Shown here: positions 39,001 to 54,000 of the stretch, in pieces | Numbering within the stretch: the stretch's first letter is position 1 | How the letters are laid out: each line of letters begins with the position of its first letter | Origin: Botryllus schlosseri | Taxonomy: Eukaryota | DNA length: 64,000 nucleotides | NCBI GenBank assembly: GCA_051294905.1 | Contig: CM119382.1 | Location: 992,001-1,056,000 of the forward strand | Direction: 5' to 3' | Notes under the pieces: model-generated | What the model was told of the DNA's origin: nothing | Database searches by the model: none | The model's input: only the letters and a program-made list of their open reading frames with translations | Made by a program: the position numbers and the translations under genes

Positions 39001-42000
39001 TGGAAGTACTCACTTGACAAAATCCTAAACTAGAGTTAGCAGTATTCAGTTTCAAAGTCTACTTGAAGTGGAACTAGAATAGGAAAGGTCTAAAAACCAC
39101 TCCAGTAAGCACTTCCATAATGGGCAGCCAAAGCAGTCCGCGTTGCTACCCAAGTACATGTAAAAGTAGCTTTGGAAAGTCATACTCAATGTCTAGCAGA
39201 AGTCGCGATATCCAATACATGATAAAACTGCTCAGAGGGGAACTAGGCAGATTTATTCCCGTCAACCAACCAAGTTTGTTACAAGTGATTTCATCCTTAC
39301 ATCTGACTTTGATCCTCCTCGTCTTCAGTCCAGTAGCTCGACGCCGTTATCTGGCTTTTCGAAAACGTGATTTTGTCGTTGCAATCCGCGTCCGGCCGCT
39401 CGAACTGAATCTTCATCGCCGTGAACGACCCGCTGAAAAAGCGACAAAGCTCTGAATCGAGTGTCAGCCATCTAGTGGTGTATCACTCATTATGACATCT
39501 TACGGTATGAATGATGTGAAAATTTCAAATATGTAACTTTTACGTTACCACAGAGAATATAATGCCAGTTCTAAAACACATTCATAATTTGGAATCTTTT
39601 CGGCCATGCCTATTTCGCTGCATTTAGTGACAATGCCGTGATTGATCGCGACTTCGCAGATACGCCATTTCGCTAACGTGCGTAGATTTGCATAACTATC
39701 TCAAGCCAAAGGACACTCACGCTTCGCTGGTGACGCCGTTAGCCTCGGAAGCCCAATAGAAGTAATCTCCTGGTAGTTTCTTGACTTCTAGCGAGCCTCC
39801 AAAGCGGTCGGTAATCACTCCGGCGTGAACCGCTGCCTTGCACAAGTGAGAGTCCTGTGTAGAGGTGACAAAGTAGTTAGCGTTGCTTGCTACTCAGGTA
39901 CATATCGATGTAACCGTTTCCACGTAGGTATAAAGTAAGTATTCTAGCAGGGTTGCAACGACTCGAGTCACGATTATTTTGGTGACTCGACTTGACTCAA
40001 GTCATTTTTTGTAATGACTCGACTTGTACTCCAGTTATAGTGCATGACTCGAACCAAGTCATATAACTCGGGATCAGGACGGCAAAGACGGACATGTCAT
40101 TATAACTTCGAAGAATAGCAAAGTCACCAAATGATTGGTATTTCGTCTATCAGTCCTGATAATTGCAAAATAGGGCTGGAAACTGTTAGGCCTGAGAAGA
40201 ATTGCGATATTATGAATGCGATAATACTATATCACTCGAACAGAGTTGAAAAAGTGGGTTGAACTGGATTGAACTCAAAACTGAACACATTGACTTGGAC
40301 TCGAGTCACAACACTATGACTCGGACTCGACCCTCTATTCACTAACTTGAGTCGAGTCAAAACTATAAGGGTGAGATGACTTGCGACTCGGAGCCTTGTG
40401 ACTTGGTTACAACCCAGATTCTAGGCCTAATTTTGCCTAAAAGACCAAATACCGTTACGTAGAAGTAGAAGTAATGATATAAATACACGAGTTAACTTTA
40501 TTATGAGATTACATCTTATGCGAAGCCCCATCACCACTTCGAGAAAGTTCGCAGACGCGCACGCCGTCAAACCGGATCGCGTATGACGTTGCGGTCGCAT
40601 CGAATTACAAGTATATGGCTCGACGGAAAAGTAGCTGTCACGCCATATCGAGACGCAACATTGCCAACAAGATTTGACAGACGCGAGGAATTAATAACTG
40701 GTACTCACGTCTCGATATGTCGAGGTGCCTCTGACGACCGTTTCCGAAACGTTGGCACATCCGCCCGGACAGATCACGCTGCAACGCAAAAGAATTCCAA
40801 AGTGTGTAAACCGCGGGAGTTCGAAAATGACATGTCCAGGACATTGTCACACCCGTATACACTATACTGCAGTTTCATAGGTTTTTACTGACTCAAATCT
40901 CTGCAAACATTGTGAATGACAATAAAAGAACTTTGCCAGTAACAGTATAGCGTTTGAAATAAAAGAGGTAATCTGAATTCATGATTTAGGAGAGCAGTGA
41001 TTAGTACATGGCTATATTATCACACCCGTATCTCAGGGGTGGTACAACGGTGTGAATACACATTTTTTTCGCCAACTCAGTAGGGTTACGTTAGAGTTTG
41101 GATTTATGGGCTAGGGTTGGTGTTAGGGTTACTGCAAATTTAACATCTAATATCTTTGGATCAGTAGGAACAATTTTCAACTGCCTATTTTCATCGCGTA
41201 ACATTCTAAATATGGGACAACCCAGGTTTCAACTCATTCCCGGTAGTTGACCACCCGACTAGTCGGTAATCACGTAACGACGATGAACTTGATTGGATTA
41301 CGAACAACCTGTTTGCACAGACTGCCGTTCTACTCGAAAATTCCATATTTATGTTTTCTCAACGCAGGCAGGCTAATCCCTAGGCCGAAGAGATCCACTT
41401 CAGCGCGATCGCTAATGGATTTACATTTTTGCGGTAAGTCGCGTCACGGAACGTGATCGCGCGATCGCGTTTCACGCTTGGCTGTGTTTTAGCATAGGTT
41501 AGTTTTCTGCAGTTTTAGCGAGAGGCTTTTCCAGAAGTGCGACTCACCTGAACGATCCCGAACCAACGTGATCCGTGCCTCGGTCTGCGCATGAAACGAA
41601 ATCTGAAATGCAGAATATGATGCGTCAACGCGATTGTGTCAGTTTACCTACAGTCTGCTACAGACACGCACAAACTATTTTAAAAATACCCATATAGAAC
41701 GAGAACTACTCACTTTTTGAAATGCGCAACTCGAACTAGATCTATACACTTTATGACATGTGTAACTAGAACTTGAACTAGAACTAGAGCTGGAACTACA
41801 CACTAGTTAAAATGTGCGACTACAACTAGCACTGTACATTTTTTACATGGGCAACTAGAACTTGAACTACACACTTTTTAAAACTCGCAACTAGAACTAC
41901 AATTAATGACCTTTAATAATTCACAACCAACTAAAACACAATTACCTAATCAATTCCGTAGAAACTCATTAATTTTTATTGGGCCCAAAAATATTGGAGA

Positions 42001-45000
42001 CATCGACATTTTCATCAAACCAGAACACCACAAGATGTGTGGACAGTAGGGTTATTCACAAAAATTCAAATTTTAATCGGATAATCCATGAAATTTTCTA
42101 CAAAAGCGACTAAAAACAAATTTGGCTCAATTCCAAGCCGTATGAGCGAAGTTATTTGAGTTTTTCATCAGCAATTATGGGATTACACACTGTCAAAGCT
42201 ATTTTTCGAAATCCAGAACTTTCAACTGCAATAAATTCGCTTCTGCCAGTTGGAATTTAGCCAAATTTGTTGTGCAAATTTTTAAGCCAATCTAACAACT
42301 GTATGAAATACGAAATTTTTTTTTAAAAAAGTTATTTTTCGACTACCCTAGTGGATAGTCTTTTGCTCTTAGCTTTCATTTGTGAGCAAGGTTCATCACG
42401 TGGTTGTATCAGGCTACTTCTACTATTACGGCTATGTCAAGGTGACTTATATTTCATATAGTTTCGCTGACGGAACGAACAGAAGATCGTTTGTATCGTT
42501 TGCCTCAAGGCGCTACCAAATGGGTCGCGCCAGAAACGTTAATCGACGGATTTTTGGGATTACCAGCTCACTAGACGCTGATCAAAGCGCCAAGAAACGC
42601 GTTATCTGATATCCCACTACCACAGGACGTTACACCAGCTCGATTCCGCTCCTGATAAGACGAGTCCCGGATGCACGGACCTAATTACGCCTCTTATCGC
42701 GTGTTTAGTTTCGCGCGTCGTTACTAAACTCTCGATAAGCGACAAAGTCGTTTGTTCCGAGGTAATCGACGAGGCGTAGCTAAACCCATTGTCGCATGAA
42801 TGCATGCCAGAGCTTACAGCGTACGCGCAGACGTGTTTTCGGATTTATCGTCTCACGACTGACAGTAATAAATGTATGGTTGGACAACTAAAGAATTTTC
42901 TGTTTTTCCGAATTATATTCGAATTAGAATGAGCTAGTTTTTTTCCAAATAAGATCATAATTAGAATTACAGAATATGCAAAAACTCTGAAAATGAATTA
43001 AATTCCAATCTAGAAATACAACAATAATTAAGTTCACATCAAATCATAATTGATTATCACGTGAATAGCAAATACGGCAAGCTTGGCTCGTTTCGTAATA
43101 TACAGTTTTCTTGCAGCATTCTCCGGAAAACCATAAATTAGATTAGAATGGAAATGAGAGTATAGAAATATCTGATAGTTGCTGACGATTACCCCTGACG
43201 AGTGTCAGCGCCGAAAACATCATTATTCGATATTAATGTACAATTCAATTGTGGATGAAAAGATATTTGTTCACCAGAGACAAAATGGACGAAATTATTC
43301 AACAACCACCAAGCGTAGTCCGACCAGGTCCAGGTCATAGGTCGAGTGAGTCGTAGATACCGATACCCGGTGTTTTGGGAAAAGGCAGCGATGCGTGGTA
43401 GCGAGAAGCCGTGCTCTTGCACGGTCGCAATATCGAATAACGGCCGATTAACCGCTTAGAGACTTTACAGGTGTTGCAACCGAGATTCAGTTTCCTGTCT
43501 GAGCGTCATACCCCGTCGTTCGTGCTGGTTTCTGGACACCCGTACGTAGGTACACCCCTCCGCATATGCGTAGTATCGGTCACCAGCGAAGTAGACTGTA
43601 ATCGGGGGCCTGCTACACTCTCAGGGAAAAGGTTGTGTAATGGTTTTACTGGATATTCGATAAAATTGTTAGGTTGGCTAAAAAACACTGCACACTAAAT
43701 TTGTCTCAATTACAATCTGTAGAAGCGAATGGATTAAAGTTTCATAAAAAATTTGAATTTTTGAAAAAATCAAAAATATTCCTAATGTTACTTGAAATCC
43801 TATGAATTGCCAAGTTTCCTAAGAATTACGATTCATAGCTAATTCGACTCAATTCTGGTCGATAGACTGGAAGTTACGGGTGATAAAAATTTTTGGAATC
43901 AAAATAATAGTATTTACGGTGGCTAGTTCTATAATTATTAGCCTAATCGAGGTAATTCAAAATAATCTTCTACTTTCTACTCCAATACCTCCACTTTTAC
44001 TGGCAGGAATTGAGCAAAATTTGTTATACACCGTTCTTTTAGGCAACTCAACAATTTCATGTGATTGGTAGTCAAATTTAAAAATACAATTCACCAAATT
44101 TATATCGAGCGAAATTTGGTGTGCAACGTTTTTCAGCCAACTCAAGAAGTTTACCGAATATACGGTAAAATTTGAAGAAAAAAGTTAGTTTGAAAATACC
44201 CTAATGTATAATGTACATTGTGTGTCTTGGGCGAATGAAAATAGAACAGCCTATCGCGGTGACAAGAACAGAAAAATCTTACTTCCGACACTTTCTCTGG
44301 GACTTGTGGCGATGTAGGACACCAAAAACCCGGTGCCGCTGAAATCTGACCTTCTCTTGAACACGACGGTCATGTTGCTGGCAGCGATCTGCGCCTTCCT
44401 AAGCTCGTCACTGCCACAGTATATGTCTGCAAAGGAACAGTCACAGTTGATGCTTGCCAGGGTTGTAGTGACTCTCGAGTCGCAATTTTTCATCGACTCG
44501 ACTTGACTCGAGTATTTTCGTACATATGGACTTGACTCGACTTGAGTCTCGTGCATCAGGACCTATCATTGAAAAGTTATCCCAGAAACTGGCTTTATCT
44601 GTCTGAATATATGTATGAATAAGTATATTATGAATCCGATGCCTTCGATATCACCCAAGAGTTTCATAGCAGTGAGTTGAACCTGACTTGAACTCGATAA
44701 TGAGCAGTACCGTAAGCACAATGACTTGGACTCGGACTTGACTCGGAAGGGAATTGCAAATGACTCGACTTGACTCGAGTCAAAACTATGAAAGTAACAT
44801 TGACTTGTGACTATGAGCCTTGTGACTTGGTTACAACCTTGATGCTTGCAAAATGGCAGCCCCGATTAATATTGCGACATTTCTCATAGGATCTCGTGTT
44901 TCGATGAATCAGATCCACACCTGTACCTCGGAGGCCCAAAATACCTGATGGATGAAAATGTCGCTGCGCTTATTCGAAGCAAATAATTGTATTAGCATAC

Positions 45001-48000
45001 TAGGACAACTAGATAATTTTAGTTGTCGAATTAGACTCTTAGAGCGAAACACTGGCAATCTAATTCGTGAATTGTTTCTATGCTCTGATCGGGACCTACC
45101 ATACCTTATCGTAGTGAGTTATCGTAGGCACCGCTCTGATATTTATTTTAATCTACTTTCTGATTTTTCATGAAAATGCCACAGATGAACTGTAAAGTGC
45201 GAAACGAGCCAAGCTCGGTGTACAGACATTTACAATACTCATGCTTATAACAACGAACTCTGATTTGATAAGAGCTTAACTTGATTTTTCGTTGGTAATA
45301 TTTTGAGAATTCGGCAATTCTAATTTTCTCTAATTTGGAAAAAACGGCGTTGCTATCATTCGAATTCGAATCCAATCTGAGAAAACAACTTCATCTATAA
45401 TTATGATTGTAATCGAATTTTGAAAAAAATACTGCGTAGCTATCATTCTATAGTTCAAATCTAATTTAAAAAAAAACTTGATTTGATACGTGGTGAACTT
45501 GATTCAATTCGCAAGCTTTCGCGATTTCAGTTATTCTAATTCTAGTGTAATTTCGAAAAAATGTATAACTTTAATTCTAATTCTAATCTAATTTGGATCA
45601 AACTGTGTAGCTATAATTCTAATTCTAATTTAATTTGGTAAAGCTGAAGTATTTACTGACCACCTCCGATTTCTATAACGACCGTCGCGTCACGAAACGT
45701 CCCAGTAACTATGGCGAACGCAAAAATATGCAGCCCTTCCAGCATTCCGCATTTCTACATCGGGATACCTATCAGATGCCACAATGATGTTGCAGATTTA
45801 ATCTATTGTTACCCCATTTTGCCGCATGACCGACTTCGAGTGAGCAAACATCTCGACTCACTCTTGAAAGATGAATGACGTGCCAGAATGCAACTGCAGA
45901 TTCTCGAGTTTTGAGAAGTGAGTAGTTATAGTTATAGTTTTAGTTGAGGATATTGAAAAGTCATTAGTTCTATTTCTAGTTGCAAGTTTTGAAAAGTGAA
46001 TCGCTCGAATTCTATAGTTCCTAGTTTTGAAACGTAAGTAGTCGTAGTTCTAGTTGCTAGTTTGAAAAGTGAGTAGTTTTAGTTCTAGTTGCGAGTTTTG
46101 AAAAGTGAATCGCTCTAATTCTATAGTTCCTAGTTTTGAAACGTAAGTAGTTGTAGTTCTAGTTGCTAGTTTGAAAAGTGAGTAGTTTTAGTTCTAGTTG
46201 CGAGTTTTGAGAAGTCAGTAGTTCTAGTTCCAGTTGCAGTGTTGAAAAGTATGTTTTCTAGTTCAAGTTCTAGTTGCTATTTTTGCAAAGTGAGTAGTTC
46301 TAATCCTAGTCCTAGCTTTGGTTTCGAATTTTGAAAATCCAGTAGTTTGTACAAGTATGTAGACAAAGGGGCATGAACTTGAGAAGCATCTTTATAGAGT
46401 ACGTACTACAATGAATTTTCAATGACGAAGATTTGCGTTTTTTGAAGCCCGCTGGAAATGCCGAACAACGAATAAATTTCAGAACATTTTACGAGCCATA
46501 CGAGCAGATTGTTTACGGTTATACCGAGTCGTAAACATGTACCAACCGAGATCGTAAATCGTAAGCTCTTCAGATCCCGATTGAGAATGCACGCAATGAT
46601 TGCGATTATGCGATAAATATGCGACTCAAGGAGAAAAGCGGACGTGACGCAGGGCAGGCAACGGTTCCGTCACAGATGAAAAGTTAAATTTTTTCAACGG
46701 ATATTCTATAATATCAGATGTGTCAGTGATTCACACCGATATTTCTCTAATCCCAAACAAGAACGGGGTAAATCATGCGCAGGGTTGGCCGCGATGATTC
46801 CATTTCTCGAACCTGAATCGAGCATTAATCGTCATCAGTCGAGTCGAGCAGTGAGAGATAATTTTTCGAGTGCTAAAATTATACGCTCCGTGTCACTAAA
46901 AGTTAATTTATTAACAAAACTTATAGTTTCGATACTATTTTTCATTGCGGAGGGCGGTAAACCTCGATTGGTCGTATGGCAGCATACGAAAAATGCAGTA
47001 CAGAGCTACGCACGTTACTGGAAATGGCAGATCTGCGACGTCGTGATCAACCCGCAGAATTGTCACAAAGTGCGATGAAATAGGTATGGCCGAGAAAATA
47101 TCAAATCATCTTAAATGTGATGTGGAGCTATATATCCTTTGTCGTCGCATACAAAAGCTACACATTTGAACTTTCGAAACCAGTCATACTGTAACGAAAT
47201 GATGCAATATTCAGTGATACTTAGATGCTCGATCTTGCCCAGTCTTGTTCACGTGTCAATTAACTGGCAGAGAATATCCGAGCAGCTCGGTGCGACCATT
47301 TTATTCACAGAACAAAGGCTTGTCAGCGAAAATTCAATTTTGATATTAGTTCTCGCACACATGAAAGACGCATAAGCTCGTGAGATGCGTCTGAATCTAA
47401 TTTCCGTTCGCAAAGCCGCAGAAGACAAACGTCCAGACAAGGGAATTGAATTATAACGATTTTCATACATAATAAGATTGCTTGCAGTGAAATATTTGCC
47501 TCGCATTGAAGGCAGTCTTGCTTGCTAAGCGATCACAACAAACTTGGATAGCGGAGTAATGACTAGAGACCGAGCAATTATAATATCGATAATATCGAAT
47601 CGATATCACACTTTGAATAATCTATCGGTACGGCTACTAGATAAAAAATATATCGTCAATCTTCGTGACGTCATAACATGCTAGTATGGAGTCTGAGAAT
47701 TATTATGTGCGACTCCTACACTGGGAACATTGATAAATTCATTGTAGCTAACAGGCCTTCAACTGCAGCCGGTCTAGTTTATTTCATGTCAAGTCGTAGC
47801 AAAGGCTATAAAACTGTTGTAATAAATGCTCTGGAAATCGGTCTTATCGGTATCGGCTCAAGAATCGGCGGGGCTGCAGTAAAAATCAGTCGATCCGACG
47901 CCGGAAAATCTTGTTTGAATTATTTGTTGTGAGCTTGTATGGTCCGGCGCGCGGACTTTGTTTACATAAGCCCACAAAGGCGCAATTAATATGATAAACG

Positions 48001-51000
48001 CCCCATCATGGTTTCACGCCTCAACGAAGCTCAACGAAAGTCCTATTCACACAGTTCCTACAACTTCCGACTGCTGACGTAGCAATGGAATCCTTAAATC
48101 GCATCATAGGAAGCATACGTTAATGGTCATTCGTGATAATACCATGCACCAACACGCAAGTACATCAGGGGTCGGGAATCCATGGCTCGCGAGCCATATT
48201 ATACGTCTCGTTTGATAAAATATGGCTCTTAGATAGCTTTATAATCTTGCACATTATACCCATCTCATTTATCAATATTGATTCAAGCTCTTGATAATTT
48301 TTCATAACGACTGGCATCAATATTCTTGTGGTAGACGAGACAAGTCTTTATGAGGTCAAAACAGTGACGTATCCTGAAAACGGGACCTCAGAAACTGAAA
48401 ATCTTGACATTTATGCCAAATATTGGCTGCTGATAATTGCTCATTACTATCATTCCAATATAATAGATTTTATAGCGCAAATACGCTGTCTTCAAGTTAT
48501 TTAGTGGAATACATGGTAACAATCGAATCCGTCAAGTTCGATATGAAGTTTGCATAATGTTAAAAACGAAGTTGAGCTATGCTGAGTTGTCCAATGCTCA
48601 GCTATTGTTTTTCATCATGTTGCATGCTCAAGCGTCGGACATCCGTTGAATTGTGTGTGCGTTATAACATCATATCCGCGTATTCACGGAAATATGCTAC
48701 ACCATGACCATGGGTGCACACGACGAATCACATGCATTGAACTTCGATTTGGTGCCACCCCGACGTCACAAAGCTTCAATAGTGACGTACCAGTAAATTT
48801 GAATCATTGTATGGCTCTTTGAGAATTACAATTGAAAATATAGGGTCAATATGGCTCTTTTGATGAAAAGAGATACCGACCTCTGCATTACATGTTACAA
48901 AATTTTCAAGATTGAAGAATATACAATCGAAAAATATATCGAAGCCAGCTCGCCTCGATTATTCAAATTTACATGCCGGTGCCGTCATCGTCGGTGATAC
49001 GATTGCTGATATATTCCTTTCAATTCTCTACTAGTTGCTGACAATTATTGCCACTGACGACTGTCGGCCGAAAAGATTCGGGTTTATTTAAATATCAATA
49101 TAATATGTGATTGTATATTGAACCTCTTTACCTTCAAGAGTCTATTGAAGAATAACAAATTTGTAGTAGTTGGTCATTTACCGCAAGACATGGGCTACAA
49201 ACATGGAGGAATACTCGTATCAAATCACCAAAACTGCCATGAACGACGCATACCAACCCTAACGGACAGCCTTGGACAGCTAGATATAATTAAAGCGACA
49301 TGCCTGTAATCTAATTCTAATCTAATTTGTGAACTGTTTCTATGCTCACATTTTAATGATAATCGAATTTCTGGTTTTCCTGAAAATGCTACATGAAAAC
49401 CAGGGATATATAAATTCTAAATATCCCTGATGAGAACTGTATCATGCGAAACGAGGTGGATACCTTTCGGCATCCCCCTATCTGTTTATTACATCGCATT
49501 GTGTGTATGTCTTTGGTAGATGAAAATGTAATCTGACGAATGTTGATAGTGTCTCATGTCGATTGGTACGCCGAAAGAAGTCCTAGGAATGATTTACATT
49601 ATAAAACTGGAGGTTATACTTTCCGCTATTGAAGTAAAATGCATGCTGTGCGAACGAACTCGTTTCAACTTTATCGTGACGCGCGCCCTTAACGTTTCTG
49701 ACGAGCCTAGGCTGGAATCCGTGCTAAATCATTGCTGTCAGGCCGGGCGTATTGGCAGATTACGGTGCGGGTAGTTCTGAGTGATATTTACGTGTTTTTG
49801 AATAGCTTTGTTTTGTGTTAAGCCGATTGAATGCAGAGTTTGAAATAGGATTTGCAGTTTCGAGACATTGTGTGTAAAATCCTTCCCTGTTGTGGAATTT
49901 TGTACGTTATGCAAATGCTCAAAGATTCAATCCATAGATTCTAACCCGAGATCAGGTTTCAACTTCCTAACGACTGATAATATGAAATCTATACTACAAT
50001 CTGAATGAAATATCGGTTTCGGCCTTAAGAGGTGTAACAATATCGGTAATTCACAACATGATAGTAGGGATTCAGAGAGTTCTGCAACTGCTAGACTTGA
50101 AATATTGATCTACTTCTCATGGCTTATAGGCAGAAGAGCTCAAAGCATCCATTGCTGGTTCTCAAGTAGAAGTAAAAGTAAAATTATAGCCAATTGCAAT
50201 TAGAAGTGTCGATTTCCTAGAAAGTAAAAAAGTGAGTATTCTAGGCCTACAGTTTTACCTAAAAACTGAAAACTGCTAAGTAGAAGCAGTTCAAAATCAT
50301 AACCACTAGAGTAATTAATGCGAGTAGGCAACACCTACTTAAGTACTTCGTTACTGACCACTTCTACTCACAAGTGTCCAGATGCAGCCATTCTAGTTTA
50401 GTTCATGTCCTTTCAAGCGTAGCAATGGCTGGAAACCCGTGCTAATAAATGCTCTGAAGTTTTAGAAATGTGCCTTAAGCTAGATGCCATACCTTTTGAA
50501 CATCGACCAAAGGTGATACATATCGGTTTAATCGGTATCGGCTTAATATTACGATATGGGTCGAGGCTCTAATTATAAGTCAAACGTATCTCGCGCCCGC
50601 GGCTTTTACGTCATAAATGTCATATTTTTAGCATCGTTTGGACGTACAAGACAATCCATCATACGGTCCCATTGTCAACTCAAACGGTAGGTAGAAATGA
50701 TCAATGAAATTACGTTCCAAACACTCTCAACTTTCACCCGCTGATAAAACGTAAATGATAGCGGTATCTCTGTTCCGTCTGTTGTGCGCATAGCACCCAG
50801 GCTTTTATTATTCACGGCGATTGGTTATCAACACGAGCTGATTACTAACTCAGTTGTTCTTAAAACTGGGGCTCGCTGGAGCTCGAAACACACCCCCGAC
50901 TCATGCAGCTGAAGTCGCAATGATTTGCAGGAAATATCCACTATCATTTTTGTTTGTTTTGCGTTAGAATCGCGTTCTAATGGTTTTGTTCTTTTAAGAC

Positions 51001-54000
51001 TGTATTGTTGATTCACAGGTCATTTTTATGCGCCAGTATTCTCTAGTATTATTGGACAACTATAAAATTTTCAGATTTTCGGAATTAGACTAGCTACACA
51101 GTTTTTTTTTTTTCAAAATTAGACTAGCAGTAGAATTATAGCTACACCATGTTCTCCAAATTAAATTAGAATTGAATTAGTATTATATAGCTACACTCCA
51201 ACCGTCTTTTGCAAATAAGACTGGAATTAGAATTATAGCTACACAGTTTTTCCAAGTTACACTAGAATGGAAATTATAGCTACACGGTTTTTTCAAATTA
51301 GCTTAAAATTAGGATTATAGCTACACGGTTTTTTTTTCAAAATAGTCTAGAATTAGAATTACTGAATTCGCGCCAACTTGTAAATTGAATCAAGTTGAGG
51401 ATATTCAGATTAGGTAGAGTTTATCCTCATAAGCACGTGAATTACAAATGTCTGTATATCGAGCTTGGCGCGTTTCGCACCATAGACTTCTCAACTAGCA
51501 TTTTCAGGAAAACCGTAAATTAGATGAGAAATGCAATTGGAGCATAGAAATATTTCATTAATTATATTGGAATTAGAATTAGAGGAAGGAAACATTACAC
51601 AAGTTAGATGATAACTAAATTACCGGAAATTTCTAGTTGTCTTTTTGATTTTTTGATTTTGTGACAAGGCAAAAAAACTGGGGTTCAAAGGCTTGGAAAT
51701 TATCGTAAGGATTCACCGGATTAGAGAAGGTTAAGAACCGCTGTTTAATCGATGTCTCGCCACGTATCTATTTAGCGAGCTTTGTAGGTGACCGGAACCT
51801 ATCCGTCTGCGGGCATTACGTCACGGATAAGCTCGTTGGGTTTTAGTTCTGGGTGACTTGCCGCGTGCTAAGGTAAGGCGAGTCTTCCCTCCTTGTTCAA
51901 ACTCATAAAAATCGAATGCACGCAGCTCCAGACACGGTTTCCTATAACCCCTTGTACACCGAATTCCTGGGACGATTAGACGCGCGCATTACAAGATCAT
52001 CGATGCGCGCCATGAAGTGATTATGATGCGATATAATCGTAATGAATTCTCGCGGGAATTGCGCGGTGAGGGACTAATGGAGACTATAAGGCTGAGCAAA
52101 ACGATTCGAACATGAAATCTGATGATTCTAGTAAAGTAGTGAGAGGTGACTACTTGAAGTACTGAAATCATACACTTTTGCCACTAAAAGTTAATATAAC
52201 AACGAAAATTATAATTTTGGTACTATTTTACACTGCAGAAAGCGCTGTCAATCCAGATTGGTCGTATCGCAACATACGATACATTTAGTACCAAGATAGG
52301 CACGCTAGTGGAAATCATATAGCTGTCGTGATCGACTGGTAGCATTTTCATAAACTGCACTGAAGTAGTTATGGCCGAAAAACACCGAATTATCTTAAAT
52401 ATCATGAACAACTGGCTTTGCAGTCTTTGCGGTCGCTAGAAGGTGAAACACCGTGTATATGAACTTTGCCCTTTGAACTTTTGAAAAGTAATTAGTTCTG
52501 GTTCTATTTCCAGTTGCGAAATTATCTGTGGAAGTAGAACATCGTGTAGTTGTTTTGCGTGAATCGTGACACCGATGTTCTGTAGTGTGATGTTCTTGCA
52601 GCCATAGCTAGTTCTGAGTCATCACTACTAACAATGACGTGTTCGGGGAGTGGGATTTAGGGGTAGAAACGCCTCCCAGTTCAAACTCGAAACCGTGCAC
52701 TTTTGAAATGCCTTTTCTATCTCCCAGATTTATTAGCTCATTGGCGATTCAGTAATTCGTAATATAAATTATTGGTCAGTTGTGTCTTGGATGTGGATTT
52801 TAAGGGAGGTTAGTTCTAGTTCCAGTCGCGAGTTTTGAAAAGTGAGTAGTTGTAGTTCTAGCTGTAGAAGCGAATTTTGAAAAGTGAATAGTCCTAGTTC
52901 TAGTTGCGGATTTAAACAAATGAGTAGCTCTAGTTTTGAAAAGTGGGTAGCTCTAGTTGTAGTTGCGGATTTAGAAAGGTGAGTTGTTCTAGTTCAAGCT
53001 GCGAATTTAGAAAAATGAATAGTTTTAGTTCTAGTTGTGCACTTTGAATATCAAGTAGTTTGCACAAGTCTGCGCAATCAGGGCTTCCAATCTGCGTGTG
53101 ACGAATCTGGGTTCCGTCACGCGAGATTGTGCGTTTCGGGAGATTAGAGGCGAGTTAAAAAGTTATCCGTCTCCATCAAGCATGGCGCCGTCACTCGCTA
53201 GCCGAGAGATATTTCAAATTGAATCTATCATCCCGGCTATCTCTTTTGTAAACAATGTTTCGGCCCAAAAGCGAAACGCTGTAATTATGTCATCCACGGG
53301 GATGACCTCGCCAGATTAGCGAAGTCATTGTGACGAACGCAGCCGTGTTTTTGAACTATGTCTCTGTCCGATTTTGATTTCAACATGGTCCCTGAGGCTA
53401 TTTGAGCTAATGCTGCCAACTGGATTTCATTTATTCGCGCACGGCGCGGATTTTATTTCGCCGCGCGAACTTCAGCATTCATTTATAAGTTTTAATGTTG
53501 AGCAACTGCAAAAATCTCACCTTTTCAAATTATATTAGAATTAGAATTATAGCTACGCAATTTTTTATTATTGAACTATAGACTAGCTAATGCTGCGATC
53601 AGAATTTTTATTCGCTCACAGCGCAGGAGCTGAGCGCGCCATCGGCGGATTCTATTCGTGACGACATCTACTGCAGAGTTGGACAGCTACAGAATTTTCA
53701 GCTTTTCGAAACAGGATTAGAATTAAAAGTTCCGAATTCGTAGAAACTTGGATATCGAATTAAATCCGAATTAGGGTGAAATACAATAAAATATCAAGTC
53801 AACTTGATATCAAATTAAAGCTCATTCTCGAAAACATGAGAGTAGCAAATGTCTGTGCAGCGATCTTGGCTTGTTTGGCACGTTACAGTTCCCCTGTAGC
53901 ATTGTCAGAAAAACCATAAATGAGATTAGAAATAAGTTAAAGCATAAAAACATTTCACACATCAAATTGAAATTATCGACATTTCGCTCTAATGAGTCTA

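Noticed and set aside
42495-42545. RLPQGATKWVAPETL resembling a tyrosine-kinase KWMAPE motif
   Set aside because: No HRD, DFG or other kinase motif nearby, and in-frame stops
52223-52411. Apparent paralogous exon shared with 61240-61330 (VSYVAIRP / VSYVVIRP)
   Set aside because: Both segments are the interior of MITE family B
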